Positions 41,991 through 56,302 of a DNA stretch of 64,000 bases are shown here, piece after piece. The notes under the pieces were generated by a model. The model saw only the letters and a program-made list of their open reading frames with translations, was not told where the DNA came from and made no database searches. The stretch is from Octopus vulgaris (Eukaryota): assembly GCA_951406725.2 (NCBI GenBank), contig OX597826.1, positions 27,218,001-27,282,000 of the forward strand, in the 5' to 3' direction. The stretch's first letter is position 1; each line of letters begins with the position of its first letter. The position numbers and the translations under genes are program-made.

Positions 41991-42228
41991 GGACTGAGGT
42001 AACTCCTCCAGAAGTTATAGAGAAATAAACAGAAGAGTGACATAGTTGCCATGTCAAATTGGTTGAACGGTATTTCGGCATCTAGTGTGCATTCTACAGG
42101 TTCAAAAATTACATGTCAGTCTATTTTAAACTTTTTTTAAGATTATATGTGACTGAGGTAACTCCTCCAGAAGTTATGGCACTCTTCGGTTTATTTCTCT
42201 ATAAATTCTGGAGGAGTTATCTCAGTCC
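41991..42228. mobile_element. Foldback/MITE-like element with 54-bp inverted repeats and an internal partial duplicate
   Basis: 41991-42044 matches the reverse complement of 42175-42228; an extra direct copy of the first ~27 bp lies at 42151-42177. Confidence 0.7.
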
Positions 42229-43007
42229 TCGTCGAGGCCTAGGTTTTTTTCCAAGATCATGCCATACCTCCCCTCCACTGATCCTCTATAGAGTAATTTA
42301 GTGGCATTTCAGTCGTGCAACTTCGATCCTGGACGGCAGAGTTGCTTGAGGGCAACGCGATACTCGTGTTACCATTCGCTCTTCCTCGGCCTCTTTTTGA
42401 TCCACGATTGCAGTTCGGCCAAAGAATGAGCGCCCCACAAAGGGCAACCACACCTGTTCAACGTCGTCTAGAAGCGCTGGAGATGTCGCAGTCTCGCGCA
42501 TCGCATCATTAACCACAGCATGCTCAGCCCTCCTTTTAGCGGGTTTTGGCAGCAAACGGATAGGGAGATGTACCGATAGACAAAGAGATTGAGAAATAGA
42601 TAACTTTTTATTGTGGCCACACAGGGCTAAACACAGAATAAAAATGGACGAAATACAATGTAGAGTTTTTTCTTTTCGAGGTGGGATGAGTGGGACACAA
42701 AGAAAAAAAAACCTTCGATCAATAGGGATCTGTGGGTTGTGTGGTGTATAAAAATATAATATATATATATATATAAATAAAGTTCACAGTTTAGGTGTAG
42801 CCCTGGAAAGAAAAAACCTACAAACTCAGACAGTTCGAAAATGAACACAGGATAAGTCGCCTTACTTCTCGTTGTCTCTTTTGGTCACAGATTTACGCAT
42901 AAAATAGTGTCGTCTGTCATAGATAGGTAGATAGATAGATAGATAGATGCTGGCAAATTTTGACTATCAATTCAAAGAAAACACAAACAGTGGCATCGTA
43001 GGCCAAA

Positions 43008-43053
<46 letters not shown>

Positions 43054-43439
43054 TTCATCTTTTATAGTGGAAAGCTATCTTTAATTGCCAACCTTTTCAC
43101 CTCGATTCTGAATGCTAGGAATATAAGGATTATGCAAAAAATCTAACATTGTTCCTCCGTACCGTTGTTCACAATTTTGTGGAATTGATTTAAAAATTCC
43201 TTACAGACAAAGGTACAATTATTTGTTTGTATTAACGCTATGTGTTTGTGTGTTTGTGTGTGTGTGTGTAAGTCTGTATGAATGTGTGTGTGTGTGTTTT
43301 ATAAAGGCATTAACCTTCCGTGAATTAGATGTTGGTACACATGAAGGGATACGTTTGCAGCACAGCGAAGACTAGAGTAGGATTATGTGGCTCTCTTTCT
43401 CAGTTTCTCTGTTTGTCTCTCTCTTCATCTCTCTTTCTC

Positions 43440-43487
<48 letters not shown>

Positions 43488-44259
43488 TACACACACGAAG
43501 ATATGTATGTACATACGTGTATGTTTATGTATATGTTAGAATGTTTACATATATACTTACCACAATTACAACTTAGAAGACCTTTGCGTTACAAGAAACG
43601 TATCTGTTACAAAAGATGTCAAGACGCTTTAGCTCCACGCCTACATTCTCTCTCGGATTTTGCTGCTATTAACATTGGAATTCCTCACATAGATTATATA
43701 AGCATTACGGACATATCCCGGTTCTCTTGCATTGGCTGACGTAATCTACCGATTAGGCTTCATGTTTTGTGGGGGGTTTGTTGTTGTGGGTGTTATAATC
43801 TTGTTGATTTCGATAAAAAGACTGCTGAATGTTCTCGGATACAGCGTGCAATTCTGTGATTGGCTATGCATATTTCTCTGCTTCTAGTGCATCTCTTTTG
43901 GTAAGCAATCGTTGGTACCAGCATCGCTTCGTGGTTAAGATGCTCGCTTTGCATCTTCGTTTCGATTTTCCTTATACAATACCTTGGGCACGTGCCAGAT
44001 TCTATTGCTCCGAAACAATTAATGCCGTGTGAGTGAATTTGGTAGTTCCAATCTATGGGAAAGCCTGTCGTACACAGACACACACATACACATGTATGTA
44101 TATATACACACATATATACATTTATATATACATACATATATATGTATGTACATACATATAAAAATGTATACGTGCATGTATGTTCACATATCACCACAGG
44201 CTCTCCCGCCGTTAAACAGCGTGTGAGAGATCTAGAATTTGTGCGCGCACGCGTGTGCA

Positions 44260-44371
<112 letters not shown>

Positions 44372-44654
44372 TGTGCGCGTGTGTGAGTATTCAGTTTTAT
44401 TCCAAGATTTCTTGCCAACTGCGAAAAGCGCCAGTTTCTAACCCAGATCCAAAAGCTTCTACATCGGAATTTCAACTACCCGAATTTTTAAATCTGTATG
44501 CATGTATGTATGTATGTATGTATGTATGCATGTATGTATGTATGTATGTATGTATGTATGTATGTATGTATGTATGTATGTCATTATTCAGTTTATTTCA
44601 AGATTTCTTTCAAATAGATAAAGAACAAGTTTCTAACATAGATCCAATCTTCCT

Positions 44655-45305
44655 TGGCCTGGCGTGCTAACGATTCTGTCAGCTCGCCGTCTTAATAATA
44701 GTAATAATAACAATAATCTTTTCTACTAAAGACACAAGGCCTGTGATTTGAGGAGAGGGGACAAGTCGATTACATCGACCCCAAAGTTTTGCCGGATACT
44801 TATTTTATCAACCCCGAAGAAGGAAAGGGAATGTTGACGTCGACGGAATTTGAATTCACAACATGAAGACGGACGAAATGCCGCGAAGCATTTTGTCCGT
44901 CATGTTAACGGTTCTGTCAGCACGCCACCCTAATAATGATGACCCTTTCTACTATAGGCGCAGGGCCTCAAATCTGGTGCGAGTGGACTAGTCCATTACA
45001 TCAACCTCAGTGCTTCGCTGGTACCTAATTTATCGTCCCCGAAGGATAAGTAACAAAGTCAACCTGGACGGAATTTGAACTCAGAATGTAGGAACGAACG
45101 AAATACCGTTAAGTATTTCGTCGAGTGTGGTACCGATTCTGCCAGACCAGCGCCTTAATAATCCTTTTCTGTTATAAGTACACGGCCTGAAGTTTTGTGG
45201 GAGGTGACTAGTCGATTACATAGACCCCAGAATTTCACTGAATCCAACAGGATGACAGGCATTGTCGATTACGGCAGAATTTGAACTAGGGACGTGAGGA
45301 CGGGC
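44655..45305 (-). mobile_element. Tandem array of about 4 SINE family B units
   Basis: Units at about 44660-44695 (head only), 44717-44932, 44944-45157 and 45162-45305, separated by short (TAA)n. Confidence 0.8.
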
Positions 45306-45384
45306 GAATTAATAATTACAGCTACAATAAGATTTCTTCCTACTATAAACACTACTACTACTACCACTACTACTACTACTACTA

Positions 45385-45446
<62 letters not shown>

Positions 45447-45585
45447 AGTACTACTACTGCTGCTGCTACGACTAATTTTACTACTAGCACCATTAACCAC
45501 CACCACTACTGCTACTACCACCGCCACCACTACTACTACTACCACTACCACCACCACCACCACCACTACTGCTACCACCGCCACC

Positions 45586-45642
<57 letters not shown>

Positions 45643-45643
45643 G

Positions 45644-45731
<88 letters not shown>

Positions 45732-46115
45732 CAGCAGTATTTAATCTTTTTGCGTTTTCTTCTACTTTTTCTTTTTCGGCCTTTACTTCAATTTGCTCTT
45801 CAATTATTTCTTGTTATATACCCCCCCTCGCTATATATATATATACACCCTTCTTCTGATATACACTCCTTGTTACATATTCCTTCTCCATTCCGATTCT
45901 TTGTTTCTTTCCTTTTAAATCTAACGCCGTCAAAGTTCAGATAAGACAACATACCAAACGCGCTGCGCGCACAGAAGCCATGTTATCAGAGAAATGCATC
46001 GCGTTTCTGATGTGTACGTGTTAGATTTTCCGTGTCTAGTTAAGTGCACAACGACACATCTATACACAACTACACGCACACACAAGCACACAATGTGCAC
46101 GCCTGTATATGTATG

Positions 46116-46224
<109 letters not shown>

Positions 46225-46728
46225 GAATTTATATATATATGTATGAATACATATGCATATATGCTTAGATACACACATATGAAAATAATTTTCAAACCAT
46301 AGATGCGCACGCGCACATGCGTTTATAATACGTGCACATACATAAATATTCACACGTAGGACATGCTGACAGAAACACATGCACGTTCGTAAGCATAAAA
46401 ATATCCATATATACACATAGAAACACGCACACAAACAACACGCGTTTCAAAACGTAGATAGGCATGCGAACGCAAGCACGCCTAGTCTCGCGCACATACA
46501 GTGACACACGTACACACACACACACACACACATTCCCACACACATGCACACACACATATGCATGTTTGTGTGTTTGTTTTCTATGTATGCATGTATCTAT
46601 CTATCTATCTATACACATGCATACATCAATACATACATATTCATATATTTATACATATATATACGTATGTATGTATGTATATATGAACAGATATATACGT
46701 GTATGTGTTTGAGTTGAACGTGCACGTG

Positions 46729-46781
<53 letters not shown>

Positions 46782-47374
46782 GTAATACATGTATATATAT
46801 ATATATATATATACCGACAGAGAGAGGGAGGGAGAGAGAGAGGGAGAGAGAGAGAGAGATAAATTCATGCATGCATATAACACATTCACACGCAAAGACA
46901 CATACACACAAAAGCACGCATATACAAGTCTGTACACACGCACTTATACATACACAAAACAAAAATAGACACCTACAATTCGAAAAAACACGCACATACA
47001 ATTACACAATGATATCACGTAAACACTTCACCATCCATACCATTAGACGTTGTTATACATCGCTGATCACGATACGCTTTTCATCGTGTTACCTTTCAAT
47101 CTATGTCATCCTGTCGGCTCGGCGAGCAGGACCACTTTTCGGAAAGCTAAGTCCGTCGTACGTTGCCCAACTGCATCTGAGTGAACTGTTGCAATGCGAA
47201 ATGAAGCAACATGGCCTAGTGGTTAGAGGCGTCGCACACGCGATCGTAAGCGATAGTTTCAATTCTCAGACCGACTGGAAGTTGTGTTGCTGGGCCAAAC
47301 ACATATTGATATATGTTTGTATAACGATTCACATATGTGTGTGTTGGGGAGCAAGCAAGTCTTATGCTATACCC

Positions 47375-47433
47375 TCCGGCCGACCGAAGCCTTGTGAGTG
47401 GATTTGGTAGACGGAAACTGAAAGATTCCCGTC

Positions 47434-47515
<82 letters not shown>

Positions 47516-47740
47516 ATATATGTATGTGCGTGTATATATGTGTGCGTGTATATATATATTTGTGTGTCTGTGTTTGTCCCCTCACCGATATTGACAACCG
47601 ATATTGGTGTGTTTATGTCACCATATCTTAGTGGTTGGGCAAAACAGACCGATGGAATAAGTCCCAGGTGAAATAATAATAAGTTATGAGGTCGATTAGT
47701 TCGACTAAGACATGGCCGCAGTCAAATGACTGAAACAAAC
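47375..47740 (+). mobile_element. SINE family A, 5'-truncated, with internal (TA)n(TG)n
   Basis: GGCCGACCGAAGCCTTGTGAGTGGATTTGGTAGACGGAAACTGAAAG-(TA)n(TG)n-TGTGTTTGTCCCC...ATGGCCGCAGTCAAATGACTGAAACAA. Confidence 0.85.
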
Positions 47741-47748
47741 ACCAGAAT

Positions 47749-47812
<64 letters not shown>

Positions 47813-49704
47813 CACTAGAGGTGAAGTATATATCTACTGTACAGAGTATAAGAAAATACAGAAATTAATTATGAACTTAAATAATTTCACTCGATAAATA
47901 TCAAAAATAACATCAATGCCTGACTCACATAATAAAATGTTCAAAATCTTTTTTGTGAGAAAAATGAGGGATTACTTATTTTCTGCTATGTGTTTCACAT
48001 TCCGCGAAATGTGAATACAGTCCTCTTTATTTTCTACGTATTTATAACAAAATCTATTTATATTTGCTTAAACTTTCTCATCAAATGCATGGAAAGCTGT
48101 AATTTAACCTCATTGAATTTGTCGTAGATTTTCTAATGCGTGTAGCGTGGTACATAAGGAATTATTAATTAATCACACTACAGATAGACCTTCAGAATGA
48201 AAGGGAGACAAGCTGTTGCAGTTAATTTCTAGTTTGTGTCTGATTTAAATAGCGACATTGTATTGACTCACCTCGAAAAGAACGGAATCATGACTTTTGT
48301 TGACAGTCTGTGAATCATGACTTTTGTTGACAAACTGTGAATCATCTGTTTGCGAGGAAAAATAATAAGATTTATTTACATCTGTTTAAACTTCCACAAC
48401 AATTCAAAAACGATTTGTATCTATTCAAAATGTATCTTAGCTTTTCTAATACACGTTGTGTTGCACTCGTTGGTTTTGTTATCTTGCGAGAGTTCAGTGA
48501 GAAATTGAACAAACCCCTTATCATAGACAATCCACCATGACTATTTCAGCTGTTTGGAGATATATTATACAAGGTGTCGTTTTCCCTCTTTTAAGACAAT
48601 AAAATAGTTTTGAGGGAGATATCGCTGATGTTTCTAGTGATTCGATCTACCACATAAATGCATCCTGGTTATTTTTTATGAAGGCCTATATGTACGTTCA
48701 TATTGCTTCCGTTATTTTTATGATTTTTGCTACTGTACAAGCTTCCATATATTTTTCAAAGATATTTTTTGACATTCATTTTCCAGACGATAATAAAACT
48801 ACTCTACATATATATTGTTTTTTTTTTCGGTATTTTACAATTTCCTTTTTCTTCTTTTACCATTTTTTTTTATATGTTTATATATTTATTTATCTAATTT
48901 CTGAAGAAATATTCTAATTAAAAGATAAGTCGTAGTTGACGAAATGGCAGAATTTTGCACATTTCAAAGATTTCACTTACTGGTTCTCGAACTTTTTACA
49001 CTAGAATGCTGTATATGTGTCTCTCTCAGTGTCTGTCTGTCTGTCTCTTTGTCTGAATGTCTGTGAGGATAACATTTTTAAAGTTTGTATCTTGATTCCG
49101 AATATTTTTTCTTAATGATGTTTTATAGTTTATTCCGATAAATCTAATATACTTATACGCTAGCGACGCAATTTGCAGCCATATTCATCGTGGTGGTGGT
49201 GGTGGACGTCGTCGTCGTCGTCGTCGTCTTCGTTGTCATCATTGTCGCTGGTCGTTGTTGTCATCATCACTACCACTGCCTATGGCATCATCATCATCGC
49301 TGTCTTCTTCTTCTTCTTCTTCTTCTTCTTTTTCTTCTTCTTCTTCTTCTTCTTCTTCTTCTTCTTCTTCTTCTTTTCGTTCTTCTCATCACATCATCAT
49401 CACTAACAGTAACAACACCAACAATACTTCCGCTACCACCCTCACCGTCGTCATCATCATCATCATCATCATCATTATCATCGTCGTCGTCGTCATCATT
49501 ATTACTGGCAACGTTAGAGGTGGATTAGAGTCCTCCGTGAAAATACGTGGCAGGATTCATTCCGTGTATTTATGTTCTACGTTCAAATCCCGTGAGATCA
49601 ACTTTGCGTTCTAAGAATTCGGGGTCGATAAATTTGTGCAAGTGGAGCGGTGAGATCAATGTTATCGATTCAGCTCCTCCGCAAAATTCCCAACGATTAT
49701 AAAT

Positions 49705-50099
49705 ATTCTTTTCTACTCTAGGCACAAGACCCGAAATTTTGGGGGAGGGGGCCAGTCGATTTGATCGACCCCAGTACGCAACTGGTACTTAATTTATCGA
49801 CCCCGAAAAGATGAAAGACAAAATCGACCTCGGCAGAATTGGAACTCAGAACGTAAAAGCAGACACAATACCTATTTCTTTACTACCCACAAGGGGCTAA
49901 ACACAGAGAGGACAAACAAGGAGAGACATAGGTATTAAGTCGATTACATCGACCCCAGTGCGTAGGTGGTACTTATTTAATCGACCCCGAAAGGATGAAA
50001 GGCAAATTCGAACTCTCGGAATTTGAACTCACAACGTAACGGCGGACGAAATACCGCAAAGCATTTCACCAAGTGTGCTAACTTTTATGCCAGCTCGCC
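49705..50099 (-). mobile_element. SINE family B dimer with two different 3' tails
   Basis: Unit 49873-50099 ends (minus strand) TGTGTTTAGCCCCTTGTGGGTAGTAAAGAAATA; unit 49705-49872 ends AATTTCGGGTCTTGTGCCTAGAGTAGAAAAG. Confidence 0.8.
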
Positions 50100-50338
50100 C
50101 CATAACGATTATAGATAGTATTGAAGCAGACAGCTGTTAGAATCGATATCGTTTCGTAAAAAGCTGCATGCAGTATTTCTTTTACCAAAGTACGATCGTA
50201 GTTCAAACCTCGCCGAGACCGACTTTGCCATTCGACTTTTTTCGGTATTGGTATATCTTAGTATCACTCAAACTACGTGAGCAAAAAATCGATTACACCC
50301 TATCTTCTAAAATTGCTTGCATTGTGCCACACCTTAAA

Positions 50339-50394
<56 letters not shown>

Positions 50395-50421
50395 TACTGC
50401 TGCTGCTGCTGCTGCTGCTGT

Positions 50422-50479
<58 letters not shown>

Positions 50480-50536
50480 GTTTCAGTTGCATCTGTGATT
50501 CATTTAATTATCATTTTATTATAAATCAAAGAGCGT

Positions 50537-50960
50537 AAGGCGGCGAGCCGGTAGAATTGTTAGCACGCTGGACGAAACGCTTACCGACATTTCGCCCGTC
50601 GCAACGTTCTGAGTTCAGCTTCAGGCGAGGTCGACTTTGCCTTTCATCCTCTTGGAGTCGATAACATAAGTACCAGTTGAGCATTCAGGTCGTTGTAATC
50701 GACTAATCTACATCCCCCAAATTTCAGGCCTTGTGTCTATAGTAGGAAGGATTAATTAAAGAGTGTGAACTGGCAGAGATGTTGCCGCGCCGGAAAAATT
50801 GCTTACCAGCATTTCTTCCGACTTTCAGTTCTGAATGCAAATGTCTCCGAACCTGACTTTTTCTTTCAGGGTCGATACAATACTATCGCTTGAGTGCCGG
50901 GGAAAATGTAATCGGTTTACTTCCTCCACCGTATTTTCTGTTTTTTGCCAAAATTTCAAG
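50537..50960 (+). mobile_element. SINE family B, full copy plus a degenerate tandem copy
   Basis: AAGGCGGCGAGCCGGTAGAATTGTTAGCACGC...GTTCTGAGTTCAG...GGCCTTGTGTCTATAGTAGGAAGG; second head at about 50762. Confidence 0.85.
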
Positions 50961-51200
50961 CAATTATCTTCTTATTTATAATAAGAATTTGATCTTGTGT
51001 TTCATTCTTTTTTTTAAATATCCTTACAACATATATGTTTTCCAATTTCTTTACGACGAACTCATAAAATGAATTTTTAGAAAAGTAGTAACAGAATCGT
51101 TTTTACAAGGGAAATACAAGGAAATTCAACAGACTCGAGATCGTAATCAAAGTAAATAAGTTTTAAGTCACATATGCATACATACTTGCATATAAATGTA

Positions 51201-51253
<53 letters not shown>

Positions 51254-51590
51254 GTATGTATGTATGTGTGTATATACATATGTATGTATGTATGTATGTA
51301 AATATATTATTCTTTTACTTGTTTCAGTCATTTGACACTGCTGTCATATATATATACATATATGAGAGTGAATCCACTAAAAATGAGCTCCTTACGCTAG
51401 CCACTAAAAGTTGTTCTCAAGAAAGAATTTAGCACACCATGAACGTAAGCGGCAGGAGAAATGAAAAATAACAAGAATATAGATTAACCCTATACAATTG
51501 TTTCACTGTTAATAAATTATGCAATTTTACTTACACAATTAATTCGCAGATCGTCAGTAGAGTCTGTCAAGAATATAATTTGCAGAACTG

Positions 51591-51635
<45 letters not shown>

Positions 51636-51689
51636 TACATATACGTAGATACATATATATATATATACATACATATACATATATATATG

Positions 51690-51742
<53 letters not shown>

Positions 51743-51809
51743 ATATGTATGTATATATATATATATATACATATATACATATACATATACATATATATAT
51801 ATTATATAT

Positions 51810-51843
<34 letters not shown>

Positions 51844-52196
51844 TAATGTATCGTTATTTTATTAGACCTAGCTTCAGTGAAATGATAGCGCTGCACAAGT
51901 GTGGTATTTCAAAAAAAATCAACCAACACAAACCTTCATATTAAACAGACGGTACCGTAAAACAGACAAAAGCAGAGTTAACATCATTTTTCCTCCTCAT
52001 CCGCACCATCGCCTTCATTTCTTCTGCTTCATCGTCATCATCATCATCATCATCATCATCTTCTTCTTCTTCTTCTTCTTCTTCTTCTTCTTCTTCTTCT
52101 TCTTCTTCGTCTTCTTCTTCTTCTTCTTCTTCTTCTTCGTCTTCTTCTTCTTCTTCTTCTTCTTTTTCTTCTTCTTCTTCTTCTTATTATTATTAT

Positions 52197-52252
<56 letters not shown>

Positions 52253-52429
52253 TTATTATTATTACGATAATGAACATTATCATCAACATCATCAGCAGCA
52301 TCGTTATCATCACCACCATAAAGAACATCATATCTGATTCCATCTTACCTATTTAATATTTCCTCATATATGTATGCACAAAGACGCACAGACACAAATA
52401 CACACGTATAGGTATTCTTATATGAACGT

Positions 52430-52467
<38 letters not shown>

Positions 52468-52495
52468 CTATACCAATGTTATATATATCTATATC

Positions 52496-52536
<41 letters not shown>

Positions 52537-52601
52537 TGAGAGAGAGAGAAAGAGAGAGCGAGAGAAAGAAAGACAAATAGATAGACAAACAGACAGACAG
52601 G

Positions 52602-52665
<64 letters not shown>

Positions 52666-52716
52666 CAGATAGATAGATAGACAGACAGACAGACTGATAC
52701 ATAGTTTGATAAATAG

Positions 52717-52757
<41 letters not shown>

Positions 52758-53060
52758 CTATATTTACAAATCTAGTATCCCGTTAAATTATTTATGGAAC
52801 CAATTTATTTTATAAATTCAATGTTTCGTCTTGGTGGAACTTTTCGAATTAGTTCTAACCTCTATTACAGTCAAAAATATATAACTATTACTAGATAAAG
52901 AACACGAGAGAATACAAAAGAAAGAATAAACAAATAAAAAACTATTAACCGGAAAAGAAATATTACATGAAATATTCAGTAGTAAACATACCTAATATCA
53001 GTAAACACTAACAAAACACAAACAACGGCAGCAAGAGCAGTAACGATAAAACATTAAAAA

Positions 53061-53104
53061 AAATAATAATAATAATGATGATGATGATGATGATAATAAT
53101 AGTA

Positions 53105-53135
<31 letters not shown>

Positions 53136-53137
53136 TG

Positions 53138-53201
<64 letters not shown>

Positions 53202-53242
53202 TAATAATAGTAATAATAATAATAATAGTAATAATGATAATA

Positions 53243-53285
<43 letters not shown>

Positions 53286-53290
53286 TAATA

Positions 53291-53384
<94 letters not shown>

Positions 53385-53389
53385 TAATA

Positions 53390-53464
<75 letters not shown>

Positions 53465-53558
53465 GTAATAATAATAATAATGATATCACTAATAGTAATG
53501 ATAATAATGATAATATTTATAGTAATAGTAATAATAGTAATAATAATGATGATGATAA
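53061..53558. repeat. ~500-bp degenerate (AAT)n array
   Basis: Visible directly. Confidence 0.95.
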
Positions 53559-53810
53559 TTTTCACATTGTTTTTCTAATATAGGCACAAGGCCTGAATTT
53601 TAGGGGAAGGGAGTAAGTCGATTACATTGAAACCAGTGGTGACCTAGTAATTAGTGTATTGACCACGGAGGCAAAGTCGACGTCGGGATAATTTGAACTT
53701 AGACCGTCAAGGTAGACAAAATACCGCTAAGCATTTCGCCCGACAACAACAACAATAATGATAGCAATAATAATACCGCCAGCAACAACAACAGCAACAA
53801 CAACAACAAT

Positions 53811-54790
53811 ACTGGCTTCAAAGCAGAATGTCAGAAACATATTTTCGGCTATAAACTCGCGCGCAGTCGCAGTATTTCGGTATGGCGCTGGATTCCTGAA
53901 GTGGACAGAAGAGGAGCTAAAGGAGATGGACAGGAAGTCAAGAAAGCTGCTAACGATGTATGGAAACCATGATCCACGTGCGGTCACTGATCGCCGATAC
54001 AGGAAGAGAGCAAATGGAGGAAGGAGACTGATAAGTGTGGAAGACTGCGTGTGTATCTAACTCGAGGGCTTAATGAGATACTTGGCCTTTAAAGCAAGGA
54101 AACTTTGCTTGAGATAGTAACGGGGGAGTATTGAGAGCAGAGAAAAAGGGAAAACAAAGGAAGAAATACAAAAAAGGTCATGAAGAAGTGTTATGCTAGA
54201 AGGGACTACACAATCAATTCCACGTAGCCACAACAGAGGTTGTGGGATTGGCTGATGAAAGGAACCCTAAAAAAAGAGACCGACAGCAATATACTGGTAG
54301 CGCAGGACCAAGCTCTGGCCACAACCTGGAGGGTCAACCTGAGAAATGAGCAAGTGTCTCCGCTGTGCCGCATCTGCAATAGGGAGGATGAAACCATTGC
54401 CCATATCACGAACAAATGCCCTAAAGTTGCCTAAAACCACTACTACAAGTTGTGGCGACACGACCAGGTAGCGAAAGTGCTACATTGGAATCTGGGCGAA
54501 AACTGGAGGCTAGAGAGAGGCAAGACATGGTATGAGTACAAATCGCATAGAGTGGCAGAGTCAGAGATTGGCCGAATCCTCTGGGATTTCCCAATCAAAA
54601 CAGATCAGGTACTTGGGCATAACAGACAGGGCCTATTGGTGGTCAACAAGAGGCACTACATGTGCTATATAGTTGACTTTGCATGACCATTTGACGCATG
54701 AATAGTCAAGAAGGAAGGCGAAAAGATAGGTAAATATAACCCTCATAAGTACGAAATCGCCCAGCTATGGAAAATGAAAAAGGTGGTCCT
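53811..54790 (+). mobile_element. R4/Dong-clade LINE fragment 1 (RT C-terminus, CCHC finger, REL endonuclease; pseudogene)
   Basis: AINSRAVAVFRYGAGFLKWTEEELKEMDRKSRKLLT...HDPRAVTDR..GGRRLISVED; ETDSNILVAQDQALAT; CRICNREDETIAHITNKCPK; WRHDQVAKVLHW; ILWDFPIKTD; IVDFA*PFD; KYEIAQLW. Stops and frameshifts present. Confidence 0.9.
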
Positions 54791-54794
54791 TGGA

Positions 54795-55696
54795 AACAGT
54801 ATCAGAAGGAAAAGAACACAAAAAAAACGGCATAGAAGGGAAAAAGAAAGGAACAGAAAGTTTCCAAGAGATACGAACGCCAAGACATACAATAGAGCGG
54901 TGGCTATGGATGAGGATGTGTGACCTGAAAATAGAGACAGAAGCACTTATATGCACAGTTCAAGAACCAGCGTTAAGGACCAATTATGTGAAGTGCAGAA
55001 TAAACAACACTACCGACAGCGACAAATGCAGAATGCGTTGCGAGTGGATTGCAATGGCATGCTAAATCGTTAGCGAATGCCCGAAATTGCCACAACGCTA
55101 ATACAAAAGACGAAATGACAATGTCGTAAGAATGATCCCTTGTGACCTCTTTGGAGACCACAGCCTACAAATATTAAAGGACGTGGTATGAGGAAGCTCC
55201 AGAAGGAGTCACCGAAAATGAGAATTGCAAAATCCTGTGGGATGCAATGATGTAGTAGGACCACATGACCAGAAAGCGGAAACCGGACATTGTTGTGGGG
55301 AATAAAATAAAACAGAACACGCATGATAATCGACAAAGCATCTCCCGGTGACACCAGGATCAAAGTACAAGAAAAAAATAAATAAAATGACTATAACGAT
55401 ATGAAGTGGGAAATAAGAAGATTGTGGTCAATGAAGAGAGTAGACGTGATGACAATAGTAATTGGTGCACTTGAAAGTATCAGCACTATACGAACAGTAT
55501 AGCTCAAAAAGAGCGGTGCGAGTGTGAAGGTAGAACACCTACTAAAATCAACATTGCTTGGAACCACAAGAATTAATCGCAGGATTCTTGGAGCATGGCC
55601 AGTAAACAAGTGTCACCTTATTCTACCGGCTGTGGACAGCTGACACTTTCCATCATACCCAGTAACATAAGCTGTGAGATTTCATCACATAATATT
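54795..55696 (+). mobile_element. R4/Dong-clade LINE fragment 2 with 3' UTR (pseudogene)
   Basis: ETEALICTVQEPALRTNY..KCRM; ECPKL; ILWDAMM; RKPDIVV; KWEIRRLWSMKRVDVMTIVIGALES; LLKSTLLGTTRINRRILGA. Followed by (AAC)n(AAT)n at 55697-55822. Confidence 0.88.
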
Positions 55697-55751
55697 AACA
55701 ACAACAACAACAGCAACAACAACAACAATAATAGTAATAATAATAATAATA

Positions 55752-55812
<61 letters not shown>

Positions 55813-55955
55813 TAATAATAATACCAACAGAATAGTTGTTTTTGAATAAATTCTTGCATAAAAAATCATTATTTTAACACGGCGCACGGACTTTTTCCTC
55901 AACATAGCAATATAAATATTCATGTATGTGTGTGTTTGTGTGTGTGTGTGTGTGT

Positions 55956-56044
<89 letters not shown>

Positions 56045-56302
56045 TCTATGCAGTAGTGATTTATGAAATAAAAACATCTGCACGTACTATTCCACGAAAG
56101 TTGAATCTTTCCTATCAACAAATGTGTGACAATCTTCATATTCATATCACAGTAAATCAATTAACAGAAAATCGTTGTTATTTGCGATGGGAACATCAGA
56201 TCAGCCCTCTAGCAACATTTTGCTTATCACTCGCATTTAATCTACCTCTACTCTCTTCCACTGTCTGTCTGTCTGTATATATATATATATGTATATATAT
56301 AT

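Noticed and set aside
42240-42560. GC-richer stretch with overlapping short ORFs
   Set aside because: No motif I can assign; probably a transposon fragment, left uncalled.
48285-48345. 27-bp unit repeated 2.3 times (CRISPR-like?)
   Set aside because: No spacers, so it is a simple tandem duplication; the same applies to 4362-4400, 20950-21220 and 60292-60330.
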